Source: Verrucomicrobiota bacterium
GTDB lineage: Bacteria > Verrucomicrobiota > Verrucomicrobiia > Chthoniobacterales > UBA10450
Reading direction: 5' to 3'
DNA: 64,000 nucleotides
Assembly: GCA_003218135.1 (NCBI GenBank)
Contig: QHNQ01000023.1
Location: 341-64,340, forward strand
The notes below the pieces were generated by a model, which worked only from the letters and a program-made list of their open reading frames with translations, made no database searches and was not told where the DNA came from. A program made the position numbers and the translations under genes. Positions 1-8,739 of the stretch are shown here, piece by piece; positions within the stretch are counted from its first letter, which is position 1, and each line of letters starts with the position of its first letter.

Positions 1-807
1 CGCGTTCCAACGGATGAGCCATGGTGCCGCGACCACGGACCGATTTTTGTCACACGCGATCGCGAGGCGAAATCCACCACAGGACGGATTCGCCGTGGTG
101 AACTTGCGGTAGTGGATTGGGATTACAATGCCTGGGGAAACAAATATCCGCCGTTCGATCTGGATGAAGTCGTGCCGACGCGTGTCGCTGAAATCCTGAA
201 GCTGCCGGTTTTTTATCCGCGGATGATCCTCGAAGGCGGCTCGATCGATGTAAATGGCTCGGGTGCGCTGCTCACGACCGAGTCCTGCCTGTTAAACAAG
301 AATCGCAATCCGAGTCTCTCGCGCGGTGAAATCGAACAGCGTTTGCGGGATTACCTGGGTGTTCGCGATATTCTCTGGCTTGGCAACGGAATCGCGGGCG
401 ACGACACCGACGGCCACATCGACGATCTCGCGCGGTTTGTGACCGAGCAAACGGTTGTCGCTGTCGTTGAGGAAAATCGCGACGATGAAAATTACGAACC
501 GCTGCAGGAAAATCTTGCGCGCTTGCGCGAGATGAAAATTGATCATCGAAATCTTGAGATCATCACATTGCCGATGCCGAAGAAGATGATACGCGAAGGA
601 CTGCGACTCCCGGCCAGCTACGCGAATTTTTATATCGCAAACACATGTGTGCTGATGCCCACATTCGCTGATCCGAACGATGAAGCTGCATTGTCGGTCC
701 TGCGCGAATGTTTTCCGGATCGTCGCGTGATCGGGATCGATTGTCGCGAGTTAATCTGGGGGCTGGGCACATTTCACTGCCTGACGCAGCAACAGCCTGC
801 AGTGTGA
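1..807 (+). CDS. aguA: agmatine deiminase (5' end lies outside window)
   Basis: Frame 1 is open from base 1. It contains the agmatine deiminase/PAD-family blocks WCRDHGPIFV, GGSIDVNGSGALLTTESCLLNKNRNP and DDTDGHIDDLARF, plus C-terminal GTFHCLTQQQP with the catalytic Cys. Confidence 0.85.
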   Translation, partial: RVPTDEPWCRDHGPIFVTRDREAKSTTGRIRRGELAVVDWDYNAWGNKYPPFDLDEVVPTRVAEILKLPVFYPRMILEGGSIDVNGSGALLTTESCLLNKNRNPSLSRGEIEQRLRDYLGVRDILWLGNGIAGDDTDGHIDDLARFVTEQTVVAVVEENRDDENYEPLQENLARLREMKIDHRNLEIITLPMPKKMIREGLRLPASYANFYIANTCVLMPTFADPNDEAALSVLRECFPDRRVIGIDCRELIWGLGTFHCLTQQQPAV

Positions 808-869
808 ATGTGGGAAGGACCTTAGTGTCCCGACCGTCGCCCGCAAAGCTTTCGGGGCTTCCACATTCA

Positions 870-1040
870 TCAATCTGCAACCGGTGCCGGTTTATAGCCG
901 CTATTCAAAATTGCGTCGTGAAGATCGGGCGGATGGGTCTTTCGCGCGTCGAACGTGACGATCACGCGCTCATGCTTGAGATCGACTCTTACGTCTTTCA
1001 CCCCGGAAATCTTCTTGAGCGCCGGTCGCAGCTTGCGCAC
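870..1040 (-). pseudogene. heavy-metal-associated (HMA/CopZ-like) domain remnant lacking strand 1 and an in-frame CxxC
   Basis: Hand translation gives VRKLRPALKKISGVKDVRVDLKHERVIVTFDARKTHPPDLHDAILNSGYKPAPVAD*, matching an HMA fold from helix 1 onward. There is no ATG, and a stop lies 7 codons upstream. The overlapping frame reads GRVCASC. A repeat element lies directly upstream. Confidence 0.35.
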
Positions 1041-1059
1041 ACACGGCCGTCTCTGCGTG

Positions 1060-1190
1060 TCTCAGTGACACCTGGCTTCAGCCAGGTGCTGAGCGAGATT
1101 CCTTCTTCAGCCGTTTCGAACGGCTTCTCGAGAGAGCCACTGGCGCAGGATAAGCCGTTGAAACGGCTGCGGCTATTTCACTCTCGATGC
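1060..1190 (+). repeat. copy A (partial) of a triple-hairpin repeat family ('LKPGV' element)
   Basis: Contains GACACCTGGCTTCAGCCAGGTG, AGCCGTTTCGAACGGCT and AAGCCGTTGAAACGGCT, each a perfect or near-perfect palindrome. They are colinear, with the same spacing, with 56268-56409. Confidence 0.5.
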
Positions 1191-1211
1191 GCATCGCTCT
1201 AAAGACCGGTG

Positions 1212-1856
1212 TTACTGAGACCGGCTGGAAAGTTCGCGGGCGATTGGTTCGAGCACGCGCCAGACGTTTTCGGCAAGAATTTTTTGACCAGCCGCGTTAG
1301 GGTGAATGCTATCCGATAAGTTCAACGAGGGATCGCCTGCCACGCCCTGCAGGAGATAGGGAACAAGCGCGGCGTTGTTCTTGGCCGCCAGCTCAGCGAA
1401 CATCTTGCCAAACGCTGATACGTAATCGTCCGCGGCATAATTCGGCAACTGCATTCCCGCGATCACGACACGCACGTTCGGATTGTGCCCTTTCACGTTA
1501 TCGATGATCTGCTGAAGGTTATGTTGAATTTGATCGATCGACAGGCCACGGAAGGCGTCGTTGATTCCGAGTTCCAAAACGAAGATATCTATTCTGTGCT
1601 TGAGATGCGGCGATAGCCGCTCCAAGCCGCCTTCGGTGGTGCCGCCGGAGGCGCTTGCGTTGATGACTTGAAAGTTCAGACCGGCAGCGCGCAGCTTCTT
1701 CGCAAGCAAAGCCGGATAGGCCTGGCTGCGTTTGAGCATGAAGCCGTCTGACAAACTGTCGCCGAAGACGAGAATCGTTTTCGGTTGGGCAGCAGGCGCG
1801 TGTTCCGCGAAAACCAGGGACATCGTCGCCAGAAACGCTGCGACAGCGCATTTCAT
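1212..1856 (-). CDS. secreted SGNH/GDSL hydrolase (TesA/arylesterase-like)
   Basis: N-terminal signal peptide, block I VFGDSLSDG, block II SGGTTEGG, block III LELGINDA and block V DSIHPN. Confidence 0.8.
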   Translation of the reverse strand: MKCAVAAFLATMSLVFAEHAPAAQPKTILVFGDSLSDGFMLKRSQAYPALLAKKLRAAGLNFQVINASASGGTTEGGLERLSPHLKHRIDIFVLELGINDAFRGLSIDQIQHNLQQIIDNVKGHNPNVRVVIAGMQLPNYAADDYVSAFGKMFAELAAKNNAALVPYLLQGVAGDPSLNLSDSIHPNAAGQKILAENVWRVLEPIARELSSRSQ

Positions 1857-1882
1857 TTAGAAATATACAACGTCACGCGCCG

Positions 1883-1939
1883 TTGTAGGGCAACCGCTTC
1901 GGTTGCCAGCGCTGGGCAGGCGAAGCGCCCGCCCTACAG
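1883..1939. repeat. intergenic TGTAGGGC...GCCCTACA hairpin repeat
   Basis: TTGTAGGGCAACCGCTTCGGTTGCC...GCCCGCCCTACAG lies between divergent genes. It shares its terminal motif with 11527-11587, 18736-18782 and 49261-49286. Confidence 0.5.
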
Positions 1940-2010
1940 CCGCCTTTTCGGCGGTGGACGTTGCAAGTTTTCCGCGTAACGGTTTAACTCTTCAACCTTC
2001 AACTTTTCCT

Positions 2011-3009
2011 ATGGCCAATTTCGCTATCAATGGTTTCGGGCGCATTGGACGGAATGTCCTTCGCGCCATGTCACAAAAACAAGTCGAGCGCGTTCTCGCG
2101 ATCAACGATCTCACTGACACGCACACTCTGGCGCATCTGCTCAAGTGGGATTCCGTGCACGGCAAATTCGACGGCGAGATCGGTTACGACGATGAAAACA
2201 TCATCGTGCGCGGTCACAAAATTAAGGTCTTGAAGGATCGCGATCCAGGGAATCTGCCGTGGAAAAAACTGGAAATTGATGTGGTGCTTGAATCGACGGG
2301 CCTGTTCACCAATCGCGATAAAGCCGAGCTGCACTTAAAGGCCGGAGCCAAGCGCGTGTTGATCAGCGCACCGGCAAAAGATCCGGACGTGACGATTTGC
2401 ATTGGCGTAAACGACAATGCCTTCAACCCCGATAAGGACAAAATCGTTTCGAATGCGAGTTGCACGACGAACTGCCTGGCGCCCATGGCGAAGGTATTGA
2501 ACGACACATTTGGCATCTCACACGGGTTCATGAGCACGATCCACAGCTACACAAACGACCAGCGGATCCTCGATTTTCCACATAAGGACCTGAGGCGTGC
2601 GCGTGCAGCGGCGGTCAACATCATTCCGTCCACGACCGGCGCGGCCAAGGCGATTGGTGAAGTGATTCCAGAGTTGAAAGGGAAATTGAACGGAGGCGCT
2701 TTTCGGGTACCCACTCCGGACGGATCAGTGACCGATTTCACAGCTATGCTGGAAAAGGATGCGACAGTCGATGCGATCAACACTGCATTTAAAGAGGCCG
2801 CATCCGACAAAAGCTACAAAGGCGTGGTCGAGTATAGCGACGAGCCGCTCGTTTCGGAGGACATCATTGGAAACCCGCACTCCTGCGTTTTCGATAGCCA
2901 ATTAACTCTCACGCTCGGAAACCGTTTCGTGAAAGTAGTTGGCTGGTACGATAACGAGTGGGGCTATAGCAATCGCTGCGTGCAATTGATGGAAATGCTG
3001 GGGGAGTAA
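2011..3009 (+). CDS. gap: glyceraldehyde-3-phosphate dehydrogenase
   Basis: INGFGRIGRNVLRA NAD-binding motif, SNASCTTNCLAP active site and WYDNEWGYS. The ATG at 2011 was chosen because the longer ORF from 1903 reads through the hairpin repeat. Confidence 0.95.
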   Translation: MANFAINGFGRIGRNVLRAMSQKQVERVLAINDLTDTHTLAHLLKWDSVHGKFDGEIGYDDENIIVRGHKIKVLKDRDPGNLPWKKLEIDVVLESTGLFTNRDKAELHLKAGAKRVLISAPAKDPDVTICIGVNDNAFNPDKDKIVSNASCTTNCLAPMAKVLNDTFGISHGFMSTIHSYTNDQRILDFPHKDLRRARAAAVNIIPSTTGAAKAIGEVIPELKGKLNGGAFRVPTPDGSVTDFTAMLEKDATVDAINTAFKEAASDKSYKGVVEYSDEPLVSEDIIGNPHSCVFDSQLTLTLGNRFVKVVGWYDNEWGYSNRCVQLMEMLGE

Positions 3010-3054
3010 GGGCTAGTAATCGTGCTCCTGTTTGTGATTCTTTTCTGTTAAGAA

Positions 3055-4266
3055 ATGGCGAAACTTTCAGTACGCGATCTGGATGTGGGCGGGAAACGTG
3101 TGTTGGTGCGCGTGGATTTCAATGTGCCAACCGAAACGCGCGGCGGCAAAGTTCGAGTCACTGATGACACGCGAATCCGGGAGAGTCTGGCGACGATCAA
3201 TTACCTGCGCGAGCACGGCGCAAAAACCATTTTGATGTCGCATTTTGGCCGGCCCAAAGGAAAGCCGGTGGAGAAGTTCTCGCTGCGCCCGATCGGCGAG
3301 TATTTGTATTCGCTGATTCACCATCCCGTAATTTTCAGTCACGATGCGATAGGCGACGTGCCGAAGAAAATCATTGATCACATGGAAAACGGAGACGTTG
3401 CGCTGCTCGAGAATCTGCGCTTTCAACCAGGGGAAGAAGCTAACGATCCGAATTTTGCGAAGGCGCTGGCCGAACTTGGTGATCTTTATGTGAATGATGC
3501 GTTTGGCGCAGCGCATCGCGCGCACGCATCTACGGTCGGCATCACAAAATTCGTGGAGAAATCGGCGATGGGTTTCCTGATGGAGAAAGAACTCAAACAC
3601 TTGAAAGAAGAACTCGAGAAGCCGGCCAAGCCGTTTGTCGTGATTTTAGGAGGCGCAAAGGTATCCGATAAGATCGGAGTCTTGAAAGCGCTGATGGAAA
3701 AGGCCGACACGATTCTTATCGGCGGCGCGATGGCGAACACGTTCTTGAAAGCACAAGGAATTCGGATTGGCGCAAGCCGCGTCGAATTGGACAAGGTCGA
3801 TTTGGCGCGGGAGCTTCTCGATCTGGCTAAGCACCGTGAGGTAAAATTTTTGGTTCCGATCGATGTTGTGGAGGCGGATGAAATTCGCGCCGGTGCTGAC
3901 ATGCGAAACACGAGCCGTCTCTCGCCGCAGCATGGCATCAGCGACGGCTGGCAGGCGGTCGACATTGGCGCGGCAACTGTTGCCCTTTACCAAGAAGAAA
4001 TCGCCAAAGCCGAAACGATTTTGTGGAATGGCCCCATGGGTGTCTTTGAAATTCCAGAATTTGGCGAAGGCACGATCGCAATCGCGGAAGCGATGGCGCA
4101 ATCGGGGGCTACGACGATTATTGGCGGCGGTGATTCGGTGACGGCGGTTAAACAAGCGGGCCTCGCCGATAAGATGACGTTTATCTCCACGGGTGGCGGC
4201 GCTTCACTCGAGTTACTCGAAGGCAAAGAGCTTCCCGGTGTTGCTGCACTAACCGACAAAAACTGA
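3055..4266 (+). CDS. pgk: phosphoglycerate kinase
   Basis: RVDFNVP, SHFGRPKG and FISTGGGASLELLEG motifs over 403 aa. Sits in the gap-pgk-tpiA order. Confidence 0.95.
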   Translation: MAKLSVRDLDVGGKRVLVRVDFNVPTETRGGKVRVTDDTRIRESLATINYLREHGAKTILMSHFGRPKGKPVEKFSLRPIGEYLYSLIHHPVIFSHDAIGDVPKKIIDHMENGDVALLENLRFQPGEEANDPNFAKALAELGDLYVNDAFGAAHRAHASTVGITKFVEKSAMGFLMEKELKHLKEELEKPAKPFVVILGGAKVSDKIGVLKALMEKADTILIGGAMANTFLKAQGIRIGASRVELDKVDLARELLDLAKHREVKFLVPIDVVEADEIRAGADMRNTSRLSPQHGISDGWQAVDIGAATVALYQEEIAKAETILWNGPMGVFEIPEFGEGTIAIAEAMAQSGATTIIGGGDSVTAVKQAGLADKMTFISTGGGASLELLEGKELPGVAALTDKN

Positions 4267-5033
4267 TGCGTAAGAAAATAGTGGCCGCCAACTGGAAGAT
4301 GAACATGACGCAGGCTGAAGCGTCGCGATTTGTGGAGGCGTTGTTGCTTCGGGACGTAGGCGAAATCACGGATGTCGAAGTTGTAATCGTTCCGCCGTTT
4401 ACGGCAATTGCGAAAGTGACCGAAGCATTAGGTAACGCACAGAACATCAAGGTCGGCGCGCAAAACATGTATTGGGAAAAGAATGGGCCGTTTACCGGCG
4501 AGATCAGCGCTGCGCTGTTGCGGGACTTGTTTGTGCATTACGTCGTGCTCGGGCACAGCGAACGCCGCACATTGTTCGGCGAGACCGACGAAATCGTGAA
4601 TCGGAAAGTACGGGTGGCGCATGAGGCAAAATTGCGTCCGATTGCTTGCATTGGAGAAACGCTCGAGCAGCGTGATAGAGGAAACGTTGAGAAAATACTG
4701 GCCATGCAATTGCGCGGGAGTCTCGCCGGCCTGACGCCGAAGGACCTGCAGGAAACAGTGGTCGCGTACGAGCCGGTCTGGGCCATCGGCACCGGCCGCA
4801 CTGCGACGCCTGAGCAAGCTCAGGAAGCGCACGCGTTCATTCGCAAAACGTTGCGCGAAATGGCCGACGACACGACGGGCGAACACGTGCGCATTCAGTA
4901 TGGCGGCAGCGTGAAACCGGAGAACGCACGCGAACTGATGAGTCAGCCGGACATCGACGGCGCCCTCGTAGGTGGCGCGAGCCTGGACCCACGCAGCTTC
5001 GCCCAAATCGTCAAGGCCGCGCGCGAAAGGTAG
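4266..5033 (+). CDS. tpiA: triosephosphate isomerase
   Basis: AANWKMN, VLGHSERR, AYEPVWAIGTG and GGASL motifs. Its ATG overlaps the pgk stop (ATGA-type coupling). Confidence 0.95.
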   Translation: MRKKIVAANWKMNMTQAEASRFVEALLLRDVGEITDVEVVIVPPFTAIAKVTEALGNAQNIKVGAQNMYWEKNGPFTGEISAALLRDLFVHYVVLGHSERRTLFGETDEIVNRKVRVAHEAKLRPIACIGETLEQRDRGNVEKILAMQLRGSLAGLTPKDLQETVVAYEPVWAIGTGRTATPEQAQEAHAFIRKTLREMADDTTGEHVRIQYGGSVKPENARELMSQPDIDGALVGGASLDPRSFAQIVKAARER

Positions 5034-5056
5034 GAGACAGAGCTTCGCCTGATTGG

Positions 5057-6025
5057 ATGAGGCGCGCATTCTTTATTGTCGGCCCGACTGCAACGGGGAA
5101 GTCTGAGTTGGCAGCCGATGTCGCGCATGATCTGGGTGCGGAAATTGTCAGCGCGGACGCGTTTCAAATCTATCGCGGTCTCGATCTACTTACGGCAAAA
5201 CCAGATGTTTTGACCCTTGCCAAGGCACCCCATCGGCTGATCGCCTCGATTCCGCTCACCGAAGAGATGAACACAGAAAAATACCGGTGCGCCGCGTCAC
5301 GAGCCATTGAAGAGATCAATTCACGCGGCAGACTCGCGATCGTTGTCGGTGGCAGCGGACTTTACATCAAAGCCCTTACTCACGGACTGGCGCCCTTGCC
5401 TGAGGCTGATCCAAAGCTGCGCGAAAAATTGAATGCCTTGAACTTGGACGAATTACGGACTCAACTCGCAGAGCTGGATCCCGAATCGGCACGGAAGATT
5501 GATCCCAAAAATCGCCGTCGTCTCGTGCGCGCTCTGGAGATTTGTTTGCTCACCGGGGAGCCCGCATCGGAAGTTGTAACCGGAGTCGGACACTCTGGCC
5601 TGCCTGGATCATCCGCCTCCGCTAAAGCTACGGCGGACAAGCCGATCCCGGCTACAGGGGCGTTTGTTTTTCGCGACCGGGAGGAGCTTTATGCCCGAAT
5701 CAACCAGCGGGTGGAAGCAATATTCGAAAATGGCGTGATCGAAGAGGTGCGCGCTGCTGGGCCAACGAGTGTGACTGCGTCGCAGATGATCGGTTTACAG
5801 GACATCCGCGAACTGCTTGGAGGAAGGATGTCGCTCTTGCAATGTATCGCGCAGATTCAGCAATCCACCCGGCGTTATGCCAAAAGACAGTTGACCTGGT
5901 TTCGGCGGCAAACTAATTTTTTACCGCTGAACTTGTCGCTTCTCAGTCATAACGAAGCAAGGATTCTGCTCCGAATGCATTCGGAGCTCCGAAGATTTTC
6001 GGAGGTTCGCACAAGGGATGATTGA
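5057..6025 (+). CDS. miaA: tRNA dimethylallyltransferase
   Basis: FIVGPTATGKSELA P-loop, SADAFQIYRGLDLLTAKP, VGGSGLY and YAKRQLTWFR. Confidence 0.9.
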   Translation: MRRAFFIVGPTATGKSELAADVAHDLGAEIVSADAFQIYRGLDLLTAKPDVLTLAKAPHRLIASIPLTEEMNTEKYRCAASRAIEEINSRGRLAIVVGGSGLYIKALTHGLAPLPEADPKLREKLNALNLDELRTQLAELDPESARKIDPKNRRRLVRALEICLLTGEPASEVVTGVGHSGLPGSSASAKATADKPIPATGAFVFRDREELYARINQRVEAIFENGVIEEVRAAGPTSVTASQMIGLQDIRELLGGRMSLLQCIAQIQQSTRRYAKRQLTWFRRQTNFLPLNLSLLSHNEARILLRMHSELRRFSEVRTRDD

Positions 6026-7289
6026 AACGCGTCCGCGCAAAACGCAGGAGCGCGCGCTCCTGATCGGTCTGGAAAAGCAAGGCGTCTCGAAGTGGGATTT
6101 GCGTGATTCTCTCGATGAATTGCGCGAGCTGGCAAACTCCGCAGGAGCTGAGGTCGTCGATATTGTGACGCAGAAACTGCAAAAGCCGACTGCGCCATAT
6201 TACATTGGTCGGGGCAAAGCAGAGTCGATTAAAGATTCATGCCAGGACCAACAGGTGACGTCGGTCATTTTTAACGATGAACTTTCGCCTGCCCAGGGTC
6301 GCAACCTGGAAAATCTTTTTGCGAGAAAAGTTCTCGATCGAACACAGTTGATCCTCGATATCTTTGCGCAGCGTGCGCGCAGCAGGGAAGGTCGATTGCA
6401 AATCGAACTGGCACAGTTGCAGTACCTTTTGCCCCGCTTGACCCGGATGTGGCATCACTTATCGCGCCAGACCGGCGGGATCGGAACGCGTGGTCCGGGC
6501 GAAACACAATTAGAAGTTGACCGGCGCCGCGTGCAGGAACGGATCGCGCGACTGGAGCGCGAGCTGGAAGCTGTGCGTAAGACCCGGGCGATACAGCGCG
6601 AAGGTCGCAAACGACGTCAATGGCCAGTTGCTGCTGTGGTTGGCTACACGAATGCCGGCAAATCGACGCTTCTGAATCTGTTGACGGGCGCCGATGTTGT
6701 GACCGAGGACAAACTTTTTGCGACACTGGATCCCACCACGCGCAGCTTTGTTTTGCCCAACAAACAACGGGTCCTCCTCACCGACACGGTTGGTTTTCTG
6801 CGAAAACTCCCACACACGTTGATTGAGTCATTTAAGGCGACACTTGAAGAAGTGCGCGAAGCGGACTTGCTCCTTCACGTTGCTGATCTAAGCCATCCCC
6901 GCCTGGATGAGCAGATGGCAGCGGTCGATGCGGTGACCAAGGAACTTGACGCTTACGGCAAGCAAACGCTGATCGTGTTCAACAAGATCGATAATTTGCC
7001 GAACCGCGAGTTGGCGGAGTCTTACTTTAAAAGATTTCCCGGTAGCGTAGCGATCTCTGCCCGCACCGGAGACGGAGTGAACGATCTCGTACAAGCGCTG
7101 GAACACACACTCAGTTCATGGCGATTGCGCTCCCGGTTCCGCATCCCCGCAAACGAGAGCGCGCTGATCGCCGAGATTCACCGGGTCGGTCACGTGCTGG
7201 AACTGCGCTACGACGGTAACGACGCGGTCATCCTCGCCCACGTGCCGCCCAATCTGGCGCAGAAGCTGGAACGATACGCAGAAAGGTAG
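6018..7289 (+). CDS. hflX: GTPase HflX
   Basis: HflX N-domain (LQIELAQLQYLLPRL), G1 VGYTNAGKSTLLN, G3 DTVGF and G4 NKID. Overlaps the miaA stop by 8 nt. Confidence 0.9.
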   Translation: MIETRPRKTQERALLIGLEKQGVSKWDLRDSLDELRELANSAGAEVVDIVTQKLQKPTAPYYIGRGKAESIKDSCQDQQVTSVIFNDELSPAQGRNLENLFARKVLDRTQLILDIFAQRARSREGRLQIELAQLQYLLPRLTRMWHHLSRQTGGIGTRGPGETQLEVDRRRVQERIARLERELEAVRKTRAIQREGRKRRQWPVAAVVGYTNAGKSTLLNLLTGADVVTEDKLFATLDPTTRSFVLPNKQRVLLTDTVGFLRKLPHTLIESFKATLEEVREADLLLHVADLSHPRLDEQMAAVDAVTKELDAYGKQTLIVFNKIDNLPNRELAESYFKRFPGSVAISARTGDGVNDLVQALEHTLSSWRLRSRFRIPANESALIAEIHRVGHVLELRYDGNDAVILAHVPPNLAQKLERYAER

Positions 7290-7290
7290 A

Positions 7291-7330
7291 GACATCGCGC
7301 TGCGATGTCCGGACGGCGCAGCCGCCGTCC
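7291..7330. terminator. twin GC-rich hairpins directly after the hflX stop
   Basis: GACATCGC-GCT-GCGATGTC followed by GGACGGC-GCAGC-GCCGTCC. There is no U-tract, so this may be a repeat-family member rather than a classical terminator. Confidence 0.35.
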
Positions 7331-7458
7331 CTATCATGCTGGCTCATTGCAGCCGGCGCGGTCGTTTGCTATTGATCCAAACTCAAGCGGCTCGCCGATG
7401 ATCAGCTTGTTCCATCGTTGAATTGAAATCCATAGCAGGCTTGGGGAATAATGACGAG

Positions 7459-8136
7459 ATGACAACTCGAGAGCGCGTCGCGCAATTGATCAAAATTTGG
7501 CCGAAGGTTTATCCAAATGCGCATACCGAGCTGGATTTTCGGAATCCATTGCAACTGCTTGTGGCAACCATTCTCTCTGCGCAATCCACCGATAAGCGGG
7601 TCAATATGGTCACGCCTGCGCTGTTCACAAAATATCGCACCGCAAGGGATTACGCCGATGCGCCGAAGGCCGACTTGGAAAACGCAATCAAGTCCACGGG
7701 CTTCTATCGTAACAAAACGAAAAGCATTCGCGGTGCGATGCGCGCGATCGTCGAGAAACATGGCGGCAAAGTCCCCGACACAATGGAGGAATTATGCGCT
7801 TTGCCGGGCGTTGGCCGCAAGACGGCGAATGTGGTTCTGGGCAACGCTTTTCACAAAAACGACGGCATCGTCGTGGATACGCACGTCATTCGTCTGTCTC
7901 AGCGGCTTGGCCTGACAAAACACAAAGACCCGGAAAAAATCGAGCGCGACTTAATGAAGCTCGTACCGCGCGAGCATTGGACAGATTGGAGCCATTGGCT
8001 CATCTGGCATGGCCGTCGCCGCTGTTACGCGCGCAAGCCGGATTGCTCAAACTGCGAGGTTTTCCGGCTGTGCCCGAGCGGTAAAGTTTTCCTGCGCACA
8101 GGTGCAGCGAAAAAGCCGGACGCCAAGCCGGCTTAA
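7459..8136 (+). CDS. nth: endonuclease III
   Basis: HhH-GPD LPGVGRKTANVVLG, catalytic-region VDTHV and Fe-S cluster C-x6-C-x2-C-x5-C (CYARKPDCSNCEVFRLC). The ATG at 7459 is preferred over the TTG at 7423. Confidence 0.9.
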   Translation: MTTRERVAQLIKIWPKVYPNAHTELDFRNPLQLLVATILSAQSTDKRVNMVTPALFTKYRTARDYADAPKADLENAIKSTGFYRNKTKSIRGAMRAIVEKHGGKVPDTMEELCALPGVGRKTANVVLGNAFHKNDGIVVDTHVIRLSQRLGLTKHKDPEKIERDLMKLVPREHWTDWSHWLIWHGRRRCYARKPDCSNCEVFRLCPSGKVFLRTGAAKKPDAKPA

Positions 8137-8612
8137 CGGGGACCCGCAGCGCTTTCGGCAGGGTCAACATGGCGCGAAGGACTATCATCGTTCTCGGCTC
8201 GTTTTCGCATCCGGCGGAATTGTCCTTCGAGTTTCTGAAGCTCCTCGTCAGAAAGCTCCTCGAGATCGACAAGCTCATTGCGCGCGTTTTTGATCGCACG
8301 AATCAGTTCGTCCAGTTTGAGATGCATTGCTTTAGCGTCACGGTTTTGCGTGTTCTGAATCAGAAATACCATCAGGAACGTGATGATGGTCGTGGCGGTG
8401 TTGATGATGAGTTGCCAGGTGTCGGAAAAATGAAAGGTAGGGCCGGTAACGAGCCAAACGACGATCACAAAAACAGCTCCGCTAAATGCCCATGCACTGC
8501 CGAGCATGAAGGCGGAACGGTGCGCGAAGACACGGAAGGCGTCCCTGACGACACAAAAGAAATCGCGTTCTTGCTCGTGCTCTTTTAGTTCTGCCATCTG
8601 GGTTTTGTTCAC
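8133..8612 (-). CDS. low-affinity iron permease family protein (Fet4-like, PF04120-type)
   Basis: FSDTWQLIINTATTIITFLMVFLIQNTQNRDAKAMHLKLDELIRAI is the family signature as I recall it. Has two TM segments. Confidence 0.7.
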   Translation of the reverse strand: MNKTQMAELKEHEQERDFFCVVRDAFRVFAHRSAFMLGSAWAFSGAVFVIVVWLVTGPTFHFSDTWQLIINTATTIITFLMVFLIQNTQNRDAKAMHLKLDELIRAIKNARNELVDLEELSDEELQKLEGQFRRMRKRAENDDSPSRHVDPAESAAGPR

Positions 8613-8739
8613 GATAGCTCCTTAACTTTTCGCGCGTGGTTATGAATTTGCGCGCACCGAAGACGCCGGTCCCGCGTATCTTCTGCATAAAGCGGATTGA
8701 TTTTACTGCTGTTTTACGGAACACTTAGCTCCCGAATTC

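Noticed and set aside
1903-2010. 108-nt N-terminal extension of the gap ORF (MPALGRRSARPTAAF...).
   Set aside because: It is translated from the TGTAGGGC hairpin repeat. The conserved GAPDH N-terminus MANFAINGFGRIGR starts at the ATG at 2011.
5570-5660. Possible repeat-derived in-frame insertion in miaA (..GSSASAKATADKPIPATG..).
   Set aside because: This loop is variable in MiaA proteins. I could not find flanking inverted termini or a second copy of the DNA in the window.
5057-7289. miaA overlaps hflX directly, with no hfq between them.
   Set aside because: The miaA-hfq-hflX arrangement is mainly proteobacterial. Absence of hfq here is probably lineage-typical rather than a local anomaly.
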